Source of the DNA: an archaeon
GTDB taxonomy: Archaea; Thermoplasmatota; Thermoplasmata; WALJ01
DNA length: 64,000 nucleotides
Direction: 5' to 3'
Assembly: GCA_024278375.1 (NCBI GenBank)
Contig: JAJRTH010000092.1
Coordinates: 6,193-70,192, forward strand
The position numbers and the translations under genes are program-made. Under the pieces are notes generated by a model. The model was not told the DNA's origin. It ran no database searches and saw nothing but the letters and a program-made list of their open reading frames with translations. Shown piece after piece: positions 8,454 to 17,154 of this stretch; position 1 is the stretch's first letter; every line of letters begins with the position of its first letter.

Positions 8454-11108
8454 ATGCCATCTTCCCAATACGGTTTTGACATGTCAGAGTATCAGCGCTC
8501 CTCGGTGGAAAAGAAATGGCAGGATGCATGGGAAGAGTGGGAACTTTACCGCTTCGAACCGAACTCAAAGGCAGAAGCATATACGATAGACAACCCTCCC
8601 AGATATGCCTCCGGTGCCCTTCACATAGGCCATGCGGTCCATTACACCCACATAGACTTCGCTGCCCGCTATAAGAGGATGAGAGGCTACAATGTCATGT
8701 TTCCCCTTTGCTTCGATGTGAACGGCATGCCGATAGAGGTGAATGTCGAGAAGAGCTACGGTATAAAGATGCGCGATACCGATAGACATGAGTTCATAAA
8801 GCTGTGCAGGGAATTCGCCAATGCGAACATAGGGGAGATGAAGAGACAGTTCAAGATACTCGGACATTCGATGGACCCCAGTGTCTATTATCAGACGGAT
8901 GCGGACTATTACCGCAGGATAACTCAGCTCACATTCCTCGATATGTACAGGAAAGGCTATGTTTACAAGGGCGAGAGCCCGATAAACTGGTGTCCCAGAT
9001 GTGGCACCGCCCTTGCGGACGCGGAGGTGGAATACAGGGAAAGGAAGACCACACTCAATTACATAAAGTTCAGGGAAAGCGATACAGGAAGAGATGTAAT
9101 CATCGCCACAACCAGACCGGAGCTCCTCTGTGCGTGCAAACTCATAGCTGTGCATCCCGGAGACGAGAGATATGCGGAACTCGTCGGAAAAAGGCTCAAG
9201 ACACCGATTTACGATGTTGAGGTCGAGGTTGTTGCCGACGAGAAAGTCGATCCGGAATTCGGAACAGGGGTGGTGATGATATGCACGATAGGAGATAAGG
9301 ACGATCTGGAGTGGATATTCAGATACGGTCTTAAAATAGAGAAGAGCATCGACGAGCACGGAAGGATGACTGATATTGCCGGAAAATATGCAGGTATGGA
9401 TGCGGTCGAGGCGAGAAAGGCCATAATCGATGACATGAGGGATGCGGGCCTGCTTGTAGAGCAGCAAGAGCTGGAGCAGACTGTGGGGACGTGTTGGCGC
9501 TGCCACACACCCCTTGAATTCCTCCAGGTTCCCCAGTGGTTCTTCAATATACTGGACCACAAGGAGGAGATATTGAAGGCGGCGGAGGATATAGAATGGT
9601 TCCCGGATTTCATGAAGGTGAGGCTCAGGGACTGGGTCAACTCCCTGAACAGAGACTGGGTGATATCTAGACAGAGGTACTTCGCAACGCCTATACCGCT
9701 GTGGGAGTGCAGGGAATGCGGCAATGTCGTCCCGGCGGAAGAAGAGCAGTGTTATGTCGACCCGACAATAGATAAGCCACCTGCGGAGAACTGCCCGAAC
9801 TGTGGCGGCAAACTCAAAGGTTGCGAGGAGGTCTTCGATACCTGGGTAGATTCCTCGATAACTGCACTCTACAACACCTTCTGGGGCAGGGACGAGGAGA
9901 TGTTCAAAAAGCTGTATCCGATGAGTCTTAGGCCACAGAGCCACGATATCATAAGGACATGGGCATTCTATTCGATATATAGGGGGCTTTCCGTGACTGG
10001 GAAACGGCCCTGGAAGAACATAATGATAGGCGGTTTCATACTGGCCGAAGACGGAAGACCGATGCATGCCTCATGGGGAAATGCGGTGGACCCCCTCAAG
10101 ATACTGGAAGAGTATGGTGCCGATGCGCTCCGATACTTTGCGGCGAAATGCGCTCTCGGAATCGACGCTCCTTTCAGGTCGAAGGATGTGAAGCATGCGG
10201 TGAAGTTCGAGAACAAGATATGGAACATCTATGAACTCATAGGAAGATGGGGCGGCGAAGGAAAGGGCGAAGACCTCAGGTTAATAGACAGGTGGATAAT
10301 AAGCAGGTACAGCAGGGTTGTGAAAAAGGTCACGGAGCACATGGACAGATTCGAGTACGATAAGGCAATGGCACTGGTGGAGAACTTTCTGTGGCACGAG
10401 TTTGCGGACCACTACCTTGAGATGATAAAAGGAAGGGATGATGAGGGCGTGAGGTACGCACTTCACAACATCGGCCTAGGAGCACTCAAGATGCTAGCGG
10501 TCTTCATGCCCCACATAACAGAAGAGATTTATCAGAAACTATACAGGGATATCGAGGGAGAAAAAAGCATACACATATCCAGATGGCCTGAACCTCTGTT
10601 CGTGAATGAGGCGGATGAGAAGGGCGGAGAGACGGTGAAGGAGATAATAGGTACGATAAGAAGGTGGAAGGCTGGCCACGGAATGCCGCTCAATGCGGAG
10701 ATAGGTGAGATAACCATAGTCGCACCGGAAGCGGAGAATGCGATAATAGAGGCGCACGAGGACATACTCAGGACCGTGAAGGGAAGCGACATAGTTCTGA
10801 TAAAAGAAGAGGACATAGAAAGGTTGCCCGAGAGTGTGATTCCGAACTACAGGAAGATAGGGCCGGAACTCAAGGGAGACGCGAAAACCGTTATAAAGAG
10901 ACTGGAAGAGATGGGACCCGAAAAGGTAGCGGAACTACTCCGGAACGGAGGAGTTCGGATGGAGATTGAGGGCAGGGTCCATCTCCTGACAGGGGAGCAC
11001 GTTTCCGTGGATTACTCTCTCAAGGTAGAGGGCATAGAGATGGACATGACCGAATTGAAGACCGAACTCGGAAAGGTGCTTTTACTCCTTAAAAAGGAGC
11101 GGACATGA
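8454..11108 (+). CDS. valS: valine--tRNA ligase
   Basis: Class I aaRS of 884 aa with HIGH-type LHIGHA and IDFAARYKRMRGYNV, typical of archaeal ValRS. A TTTATAT box at 8445-8451 suggests the real (leaderless) start may be ATG 8481. Confidence 0.8.
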   Translation: MPSSQYGFDMSEYQRSSVEKKWQDAWEEWELYRFEPNSKAEAYTIDNPPRYASGALHIGHAVHYTHIDFAARYKRMRGYNVMFPLCFDVNGMPIEVNVEKSYGIKMRDTDRHEFIKLCREFANANIGEMKRQFKILGHSMDPSVYYQTDADYYRRITQLTFLDMYRKGYVYKGESPINWCPRCGTALADAEVEYRERKTTLNYIKFRESDTGRDVIIATTRPELLCACKLIAVHPGDERYAELVGKRLKTPIYDVEVEVVADEKVDPEFGTGVVMICTIGDKDDLEWIFRYGLKIEKSIDEHGRMTDIAGKYAGMDAVEARKAIIDDMRDAGLLVEQQELEQTVGTCWRCHTPLEFLQVPQWFFNILDHKEEILKAAEDIEWFPDFMKVRLRDWVNSLNRDWVISRQRYFATPIPLWECRECGNVVPAEEEQCYVDPTIDKPPAENCPNCGGKLKGCEEVFDTWVDSSITALYNTFWGRDEEMFKKLYPMSLRPQSHDIIRTWAFYSIYRGLSVTGKRPWKNIMIGGFILAEDGRPMHASWGNAVDPLKILEEYGADALRYFAAKCALGIDAPFRSKDVKHAVKFENKIWNIYELIGRWGGEGKGEDLRLIDRWIISRYSRVVKKVTEHMDRFEYDKAMALVENFLWHEFADHYLEMIKGRDDEGVRYALHNIGLGALKMLAVFMPHITEEIYQKLYRDIEGEKSIHISRWPEPLFVNEADEKGGETVKEIIGTIRRWKAGHGMPLNAEIGEITIVAPEAENAIIEAHEDILRTVKGSDIVLIKEEDIERLPESVIPNYRKIGPELKGDAKTVIKRLEEMGPEKVAELLRNGGVRMEIEGRVHLLTGEHVSVDYSLKVEGIEMDMTELKTELGKVLLLLKKERT

Positions 11109-12118
11109 ACAGGTTGAGCAAATTCCTGATAATCTCCGTCGCCATAAGCATCGGGGCGATACTGACCATTTTGGTCCTGACCACAGACGTAGATTCCGTG
11201 AAATACATCTCTCACGCCTCCCCATTCTTCGTACTCCTTGCCTTTTTGGCGCATTTCCTGTCCATACTAACCATTTCTCTCAAACTGAAACTGCTGGCGA
11301 GATCGATAGGCTACAGAATAGGCATGAAAAAGGCCGTGGAAATAACCCTTGCAAGTGGATTTCTGGCAGCCATAACTCCGTCTCAGATGGGGGGGGAACC
11401 TCTTAGAATAAAGATGCTTGCCGATGATGTGGGCGGAGGAAACGCCACCGCTCTGGTCTTTGCAGAAAGAATAATGGATGTCATCTTTTTCATCACCGCC
11501 GCACCTGCCATATTCATTCTGTTCGGCGGCATGGTTATGATCGGTGACCCGCGTCTTTACATAGCCGGAGGTGCTCTCTTCGTCTTCCTGATATGGCTTG
11601 TCATCTGGATGGGAGTGATACGGCCGCAGATACTTAAAAGGCTTGCGAGACGGCTCCTGATGAGATTGAGCAGCAAAGAGAGAGGGAAGGTGGATAGAGT
11701 TCTAAGGAAGATAGAGAAGGAGATAGATAATTTCAGTTCCGGGTTCAAGACCTTAGTGAAGAAGAAGGCATACTTCACGGCCGGAATATTTCTCACGGCC
11801 CTTCTGTGGATATTCGATTTCGCAGTACCGTGCCTCCTGATGATGGCTTTCGGAATACAACCGGCATGGATGTACGCCATCTTCGCGCAGATTCTCATAA
11901 CACTGATAGCGCTCATACCTCTGACTCCGGGAGCCTCCGGCGTCTATGAGGTGAGCGCTCTGGCATTCTTCACCCGTCTGGTGCCTCTTTCCATAATAGG
12001 GATATTCATATTTCTATGGAGACTTTCAACATATTATTTTAACCTCGTTGTCGGAGGAATAGTCTCCATAAACGTGATAAAGAAGTACGGAAGTGAGGAA
12101 AATGGAGATAGAGATTAA
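11105..12118 (+). CDS. flippase-like / UPF0104 (lysyl-PG synthase TM-region family) membrane protein
   Basis: 337 aa with about 8 TM helices. Its ATGA overlap with the valS stop suggests coupling. Confidence 0.55.
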   Translation: MNRLSKFLIISVAISIGAILTILVLTTDVDSVKYISHASPFFVLLAFLAHFLSILTISLKLKLLARSIGYRIGMKKAVEITLASGFLAAITPSQMGGEPLRIKMLADDVGGGNATALVFAERIMDVIFFITAAPAIFILFGGMVMIGDPRLYIAGGALFVFLIWLVIWMGVIRPQILKRLARRLLMRLSSKERGKVDRVLRKIEKEIDNFSSGFKTLVKKKAYFTAGIFLTALLWIFDFAVPCLLMMAFGIQPAWMYAIFAQILITLIALIPLTPGASGVYEVSALAFFTRLVPLSIIGIFIFLWRLSTYYFNLVVGGIVSINVIKKYGSEENGDRD

Positions 12119-12620
12119 GGCACGCGCACCAATTGGCATAAGAGAAACTCTTAGAAACCTCGGTGCGGCACCTTCGGTGAAAGTCATCCAAAGGGATGTG
12201 TATTTCAATCACCCGCAGAGGGATTTCGAGGAGACGGACGAGGCATTGAGGATAAGATATGAGGATGGGAGGACATTTATGACATACAAAGGGCCCAAGG
12301 TAGATAAGAAGACAAAGACCAGGGAGGAGATAGAGTTCTCGATAGATGACGGCAGAAAAGCGGAATCGATGCTCGAAAAACTCGGGTTCAGGAGATCGGT
12401 AGAGGTATCTAAGAGGAGGGAAACTTACATTCTCGAAGGAATCCGAATATGCCTGGATGATGTCGAAAAACTCGGATTTTTTGTGGAAATAGAAACGGAG
12501 GGGTATGACACGGAAGAGAACAGGAAAAAACTTTTCGAGATCGGAGATAGGCTTGGCCTGAAAAATTATATAAGAAAATCATATCTAGAAATGATACTAA
12601 AAAATGAAAAAGATTTGTGA
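12102..12620 (+). CDS. CYTH-domain protein (class IV adenylate cyclase / triphosphate tunnel metalloenzyme)
   Basis: N-terminal EIEIK (ExExK) signature, about 170 aa. ORF track start is 12093; ATG 12102 follows GTGAGG. Confidence 0.7.
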   Translation: MEIEIKARAPIGIRETLRNLGAAPSVKVIQRDVYFNHPQRDFEETDEALRIRYEDGRTFMTYKGPKVDKKTKTREEIEFSIDDGRKAESMLEKLGFRRSVEVSKRRETYILEGIRICLDDVEKLGFFVEIETEGYDTEENRKKLFEIGDRLGLKNYIRKSYLEMILKNEKDL

Positions 12621-12632
12621 CCGTTCGCTCCA

Positions 12633-12812
12633 TTACTTGGATATCGATCCGGTCGGACAGCTGCTTATGGCTTCGTCCACACAGGGAGCGTTCTCGTCCG
12701 CGCCGTCCTTGACATGGGCTTTCATATCCGCCCCTATCTCGAAGACATCGGGGCAGAGCGACTGGCATACGCCGCATCCTATGCAGCTCTCTTCATCCAC
12801 TTTTATCGGCAT
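12633..12812 (-). CDS. small 4Fe-4S ferredoxin (59 aa, below the ORF-track cutoff)
   Basis: Hand translation gives MPIKVDEESCIGCGVCQSLCPDVFEIGADMKAHVKDGADENAPCVDEAISSCPTGSISK*. It carries CxxCxxC...CP plus a distal C...CP, like Thermococcales-type monocluster ferredoxins. Confidence 0.75.
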   Translation of the reverse strand: MPIKVDEESCIGCGVCQSLCPDVFEIGADMKAHVKDGADENAPCVDEAISSCPTGSISK

Positions 12813-12893
12813 TTTTTAACCTCCTTTGGTTGGGTGGGAAAAATGGAGGGGATATTTCTACTTTTCCCCATACCTTCAGTCCACGGTCCAAGA

Positions 12894-13733
12894 CTACACA
12901 TCGATTCTGTATGCCTGTATTCCGTATCCTTCCTCATCATATATGGCCACGAGTATGGCCATGTTGTCCGGATTCGCAACATCCCCGGTCCAGACCCCCT
13001 CCCGGAAATACGAATTCGAGGCGGATACCGAAAACTCCTCTATCACGGCATATCCGACGAAGGCGTTAGGAATGGGCTCACCTCGGACATTGAGATATCT
13101 GGATGCTTTCTCTATAACGAAGGCCCTTATCTGTCCGGAAAACGTCCCGGAATTAACGGAAAGCCTTATCAAGAATGATATTCCGGAATCGGTGAGATAC
13201 GCTCTGCCTCCGACGATTACCTCCGGGACACCCACATTTTTACAGTATTCGATGTCTTTGACATACGATGCTGAATCCACCGCACCAAGTTCACCGACCC
13301 TTCCTCCATCGAATTCGGTATCCGGTGTTCCTTGGCGCTTGGATATCTCATTGTATCTGGCATAAGCCTCTTCGTTCGCATCGGCAACGAAGGTAACGAA
13401 GTGAAAATCGTCTCTCTCAGACTCTATGGCTGCCAGATCATCCTCGGCCTTGACGCAGTACGGACAGGTGGTTGTTACGAAGAGTTCTCCGATCACATTC
13501 CGGTATCGCGTAGTCGGTACCTCTACCAGAGCACCTCCCGACTCTCCGTTCCCGGAACTATCGAGTATGCCTCCGCCACCCCTACCGGCGAGCCAGTATG
13601 CGGATGTGACTCCAACTCCGGAGAGTATGAGAACGAGAACCAGGAAGACAGCCGTGTTTTTTCTATTTCTTTCGCTGTTAGTGTTCTTGACATCGAAATC
13701 TGTCGTTTGTTTTCTTCTTTTTGACATTGTCAC
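12894..13733 (-). CDS. membrane-anchored thioredoxin-fold protein
   Basis: 279 aa with an N-terminal TM anchor and a CPYC redox motif (TTCPYCVKAEDDL). TAG stop. Confidence 0.5.
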   Translation of the reverse strand: MTMSKRRKQTTDFDVKNTNSERNRKNTAVFLVLVLILSGVGVTSAYWLAGRGGGGILDSSGNGESGGALVEVPTTRYRNVIGELFVTTTCPYCVKAEDDLAAIESERDDFHFVTFVADANEEAYARYNEISKRQGTPDTEFDGGRVGELGAVDSASYVKDIEYCKNVGVPEVIVGGRAYLTDSGISFLIRLSVNSGTFSGQIRAFVIEKASRYLNVRGEPIPNAFVGYAVIEEFSVSASNSYFREGVWTGDVANPDNMAILVAIYDEEGYGIQAYRIDV

Positions 13734-13904
13734 ACCATTGTCTGACTGAAAAAGGAAACCCGGAGTAAATAAAGATATCGGATAAATCTGTGATTTTTAT
13801 AATCGGATGCAAAGAATATATTTTTGCAATAAAAACCTATTTATACTATGATATCTCATGCAATATTGCCTTTTGTAGGCAAAAAGAAAAAAGGAGAAAC
13901 AGAC

Positions 13905-14339
13905 ATGGAAGAACCAGTAGAAGTAAAAGTGAGCGACCTGACACCCAATCACAACAGGATAAACCTGAAGGTGAAGGTCGTCAAGATAGGCGAGACGAAA
14001 GAGATACCCTCGAGATACGGGCCACCGAAAAAGGTTACGGAGGCCGTCGTTGGGGACGATACCGGAGTGGTCACAATGTCCCTCTGGGAGGACCAGATAA
14101 ACGATATAAATGAGGGAGATACCCTGTTCGTAAGTAACGGATACATCTCTCTCGTGCAGGGACACATGAGACTGAATGTTGGAAAGTACGGCTCGAAAGA
14201 GGTCATCGACGAGGATGTCGGTGAGGTGAACGAAAGCCTCGATATGAGCGAGAAAGAGTATGAGTACAACGAGTACCGGAGAAAAAGGAACAATTTCGGT
14301 GGAAGAGGCGGAAGCGGATACAACAGAAACAGATACTGA
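13905..14339 (+). CDS. OB-fold single-stranded DNA-binding protein with RGG tail
   Basis: ATG 13905 is preceded by AAGGAG, with a TATTTATA box at 13838-13845. OB-fold core plus a C-terminal FGGRGGSGYNRNRY tail. The ORF track extends to 13848. Confidence 0.7.
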   Translation: MEEPVEVKVSDLTPNHNRINLKVKVVKIGETKEIPSRYGPPKKVTEAVVGDDTGVVTMSLWEDQINDINEGDTLFVSNGYISLVQGHMRLNVGKYGSKEVIDEDVGEVNESLDMSEKEYEYNEYRRKRNNFGGRGGSGYNRNRY

Positions 14340-14358
14340 ATAAATCTGTAAAAACCCA

Positions 14359-14940
14359 TTATCTTTCATTTTTCATTTCGTTCCGTCTCCTGACAGAGAC
14401 TATAAGCATGAGAACAAGCAATGTTGCGAAGATAATCGGAACCAAAAGACTCCCGAACTCAGGAACCGGAGTCGTAGCTGTGAATATCTCGGTTTTGGAG
14501 GTATTCATCTCCGTGTCTCGTGGGTTATTAATAAAGGTTAATCCTGTATAATTTACAGTTATGTTGTAAGGCGTATAGTAAATCTTTGTAGTGCTGTTCT
14601 GCCAGTACTCGGTTAATACTATCCATCTAACATAACCATCCAAATCGGTTGAGAAATTCTTGTCATAGGTTCCGTTCTCATTATCTTTAATTCTAACCTC
14701 TGCGGCAGGAATCGGTGTTCCTTCGGAATCTTCCACATAGACATGGAGATACCAGCGAACTGTTAAATTTCCATAGCTATCGATAGTTATCTTATTTATA
14801 TCAAAACTTGAATTTGTTACTACAAAATATGAGCCTGGACTCCCGACTATCGAAAAATCATATAAATTCATATTTCTTATTGTTGTATTATATATATATG
14901 TACCCTGTAGCTGAGCTAGAAATTCCAAAATTTCCACCAT
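14359..14940 (-). CDS. beta-helix surface protein paralog 1, C-terminal fragment with PEF-CTERM-like anchor
   Basis: Ends ..TATTPVPEFGSLLVPIIFATLLVLMLIVSVRRRN. It has no signal peptide of its own. Its frame continues the upstream fragment across the (TA)n tract. Confidence 0.7.
   Translation of the reverse strand: MVEILEFLAQLQGTYIYNTTIRNMNLYDFSIVGSPGSYFVVTNSSFDINKITIDSYGNLTVRWYLHVYVEDSEGTPIPAAEVRIKDNENGTYDKNFSTDLDGYVRWIVLTEYWQNSTTKIYYTPYNITVNYTGLTFINNPRDTEMNTSKTEIFTATTPVPEFGSLLVPIIFATLLVLMLIVSVRRRNEMKNER
14462..14769 (-). repeat. conserved C-terminal module, copy 1 (about 0.3 kb direct repeat with 16745-17052)
   Basis: The nucleotide and protein alignment with copy 2 is clearly tighter than in the N-terminal halves (TVRWYLHVYVEDSEGTPIPAA..). 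Confidence 0.8.
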
Positions 14941-15175
14941 CCAATGTTACGTTTATCAATGTCGGAGTGGAATACAATGAATATATGGCATCCTCTGTGC
15001 TCCTTAGAACCACGGTATTTTTTATTAATGGAGCACTGTTGTATTCCACCTGAATTCCATCTGCCGTATTGCTCCCCCTCCCGGTATCTGTTATCATATT
15101 ATTGACTATAATAGGATTGCTAGGTCTAGCTGGAGAGTTCCCCCCCACCAGTAACCCATATACCATATGTACCAC
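14888..15175 (-). CDS. beta-helix surface protein paralog 1, middle fragment
   Basis: 95-aa ORF collinear with residues ..PSNPKIVGNVIAH..TLINVTIDG.. of paralog 2. It is bounded by a G7 run and a (TA)5 tract. Confidence 0.65.
   Translation of the reverse strand: MVHMVYGLLVGGNSPARPSNPIIVNNMITDTGRGSNTADGIQVEYNSAPLIKNTVVLRSTEDAIYSLYSTPTLINVTLDGGNFGISSSATGYIYI
14889..14899. repeat. (TA)5T dinucleotide tract at a frame break
   Basis: tatatatatat read directly from the sequence. It is homologous to the tract at 17163-17171. Confidence 0.95.
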
Positions 15176-15866
15176 TGTATGTTATCCAGTTGTTCTCTAT
15201 GGTTCCATTTGACCAGTATCCGGCATAGATTCCAACATCATTCCAAGTTATCGTGTTGTTGGATACGGTGGCATCCGAGCCATAGAGAACGATGCCGTCG
15301 TTGTTGTAGGATATAAGGTTGTGGTCTATGGTAGCGTTGTCGGTTTCGATGTAAAGACCGTAATATGCGGGATTCGGTGCAGGCGGGTCTATCACCCATA
15401 CGCCGATGCCTCCACCGCATCTGTGCAATTCAGAGTTCCTCATCTCGAAGACAGAGCCATCCCTTGCCAGAAATATGAACCTGTAGGAGGTGTTGTTCGT
15501 GGTTATCACAGAGGCATCATAGCTTGTGGTATTGTCGTTATCCCAGTCCAGAATGTGCATCTCTCCTCCAGCCCAGACATCTATCTTCCATTTCTTATCT
15601 GATGAGCAGTTCAGCTTGAGGGTTACATTCCTTAAAATAAGATTTCCTCCAGACTTTATGGTTATGTTTCCATCCGCTATTATCGTGCAGTTCCTGTATT
15701 CTCTGGTATCCGTGACATTCCATGTACCCTGAAAATAGACCGTACCTCCCTCGGGTGGCTGTATCGGGTCGTTCTCAGCCTTGACATTCCCAGAGATGAG
15801 CAGAAACATAGCTATGAAGAGCAGAAACATGACGAGCATTCCCATGAACAACCTGAAGCTTTTCAT
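15126..15866 (-). CDS. beta-helix surface protein paralog 1, N-terminal fragment (signal peptide + PbH1-like repeats)
   Basis: MKSFRLFMGMLVMFLLF.. signal sequence. Repeats NNTITWNDVGIY and IENNWITYSG. The frame ends in the G7 run at 15140-15146. Confidence 0.7.
   Translation of the reverse strand: MKSFRLFMGMLVMFLLFIAMFLLISGNVKAENDPIQPPEGGTVYFQGTWNVTDTREYRNCTIIADGNITIKSGGNLILRNVTLKLNCSSDKKWKIDVWAGGEMHILDWDNDNTTSYDASVITTNNTSYRFIFLARDGSVFEMRNSELHRCGGGIGVWVIDPPAPNPAYYGLYIETDNATIDHNLISYNNDGIVLYGSDATVSNNTITWNDVGIYAGYWSNGTIENNWITYSGTYGIWVTGGGELSS
15140..15146. repeat. C7/G7 homopolymer at a frame break
   Basis: ccccccc on the plus strand. Removing one base joins ..GIWVTGGG to NSPARPSNP... Confidence 0.9.
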
Positions 15867-15908
15867 ATCCTCATCCATACATACACACATGTTAGATAAG
15901 CATTTTCC

Positions 15909-16544
15909 TCATATGTTTCCGACATTCCTTAACTCGACATAGAGCATATTCTCCTTGCCTTCAAACGCCATGAACTTGGGAAAAATGTTCTCAGGATGCT
16001 TCAAATCCTTAGGATTCAGATTAGTATCCACCAGTTCTGGCAGTTCCAGAGGATATGCACCCATATCGCTCATTATTATCGGTGGAGATGTCTCATTCGT
16101 CTCATTGCTTTCGTTTCCAGAACTCACGGGCGGAATTCCGGAAAATTTGGGTCTCTCCGGTAAAGTTATCTTGTCATTCAGAGGTTTCATCGCTTCCTTT
16201 ATCCTATCTATGTCTGGCTTCTCAAAGTGGGCGGGTTTTGGCATCTCCCTCATCGGGTCGAGAGTGATGTTGAGCTCCTTAATCATCGGAAGTGAATCAA
16301 TTGTTATCTCCTTATGCACAAAGCATTTCCCATCTGTGAAATTCAGAGAGATAACATCACCTATAGATGTATTCTCTATTTCCAGATAGTATTTTCCATC
16401 CTCGAACTCAGATACCTTTCCCGTATTTGTGTTCATGTTCTCATAGCCAACGAGAAACCAGCTTGTTGGAACTCCAAATTCATCCTCCACTGTTCCGTAA
16501 ACAGTTAGCATATCGTTGCTTCCTGTCTCTGCTGCTCCCATCAT
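15909..16544 (-). CDS. hypothetical protein between the two beta-helix paralogs
   Basis: 211-aa ORF with no signal peptide and no recognisable motif. Two hairpins lie upstream at about 16575-16625. Confidence 0.4.
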   Translation of the reverse strand: MMGAAETGSNDMLTVYGTVEDEFGVPTSWFLVGYENMNTNTGKVSEFEDGKYYLEIENTSIGDVISLNFTDGKCFVHKEITIDSLPMIKELNITLDPMREMPKPAHFEKPDIDRIKEAMKPLNDKITLPERPKFSGIPPVSSGNESNETNETSPPIIMSDMGAYPLELPELVDTNLNPKDLKHPENIFPKFMAFEGKENMLYVELRNVGNI

Positions 16545-16641
16545 TGGTATTAATGTAGATACAGCATAGTCAGGGCTATTAAGGCCGGTATGGCCTTTTT
16601 CATCATCCCGAAGGATGATTTTCCTTTATTCTCGTTTCCTT

Positions 16642-17154
16642 TCATTTTCTTTTCCTCCTTTTTTGTTTTATTTTGTTATTTTTCATAAATAAAATGATGA
16701 GAGTGATGGTGATTATTAAAGGAATAAATATCGAATCAAATTCAGGAACCGGAGTTGTAGCTGTGAAAACTTCGGTTTTGGAAACATTCATATCCGTGTC
16801 TCTCGGATTGTTGATAAAGGTTAAGTCTGAGTAATTTACAGTTATGTTATAAGGTGTGTAATAAATTATCGTATCGTTATTTCTCCAGTACTCTTTTATA
16901 ACTATCCATCTCACATAACCATTGGAATCCGTGGTGAAATTCTCGTCATAGGTTCCATTCTCGTTGTCTTTTACTCTCACATCAGCTGCCGGTATCGGTG
17001 TTCCTTCAGAATCCTCCACATAAACGTGGAGATACCAGCGGACTGTCAGGTTGCTGAAACTATTTGATATCCACACTCTGCTTTTATTGAATGTTGTATT
17101 TGCAACTATAAAGTATGAATCAGCTATTGAAAAAACAGTATTCACATTTGACAT
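16642..17154 (-). CDS. beta-helix surface protein paralog 2, C-terminal fragment with PEF-CTERM-like anchor
   Basis: Ends ..TATTPVPEFDSIFIPLIITITLIILFMKNNKIKQKRRKRK. It continues the upstream fragment across the (TA)4 tract. Confidence 0.7.
   Translation of the reverse strand: MSNVNTVFSIADSYFIVANTTFNKSRVWISNSFSNLTVRWYLHVYVEDSEGTPIPAADVRVKDNENGTYDENFTTDSNGYVRWIVIKEYWRNNDTIIYYTPYNITVNYSDLTFINNPRDTDMNVSKTEVFTATTPVPEFDSIFIPLIITITLIILFMKNNKIKQKRRKRK
16745..17052 (-). repeat. conserved C-terminal module, copy 2
   Basis: See 14462-14769. Confidence 0.8.

Noticed and set aside
8565-10067. A 500-aa open reading frame antisense to valS.
   Set aside because: It lies entirely inside a well-supported class I aaRS gene. 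Its translation is compositionally odd (rich in R, L, P, Y and H, with no motifs). Long antisense ORFs are a known by-product of codon bias. I treated it as non-coding.
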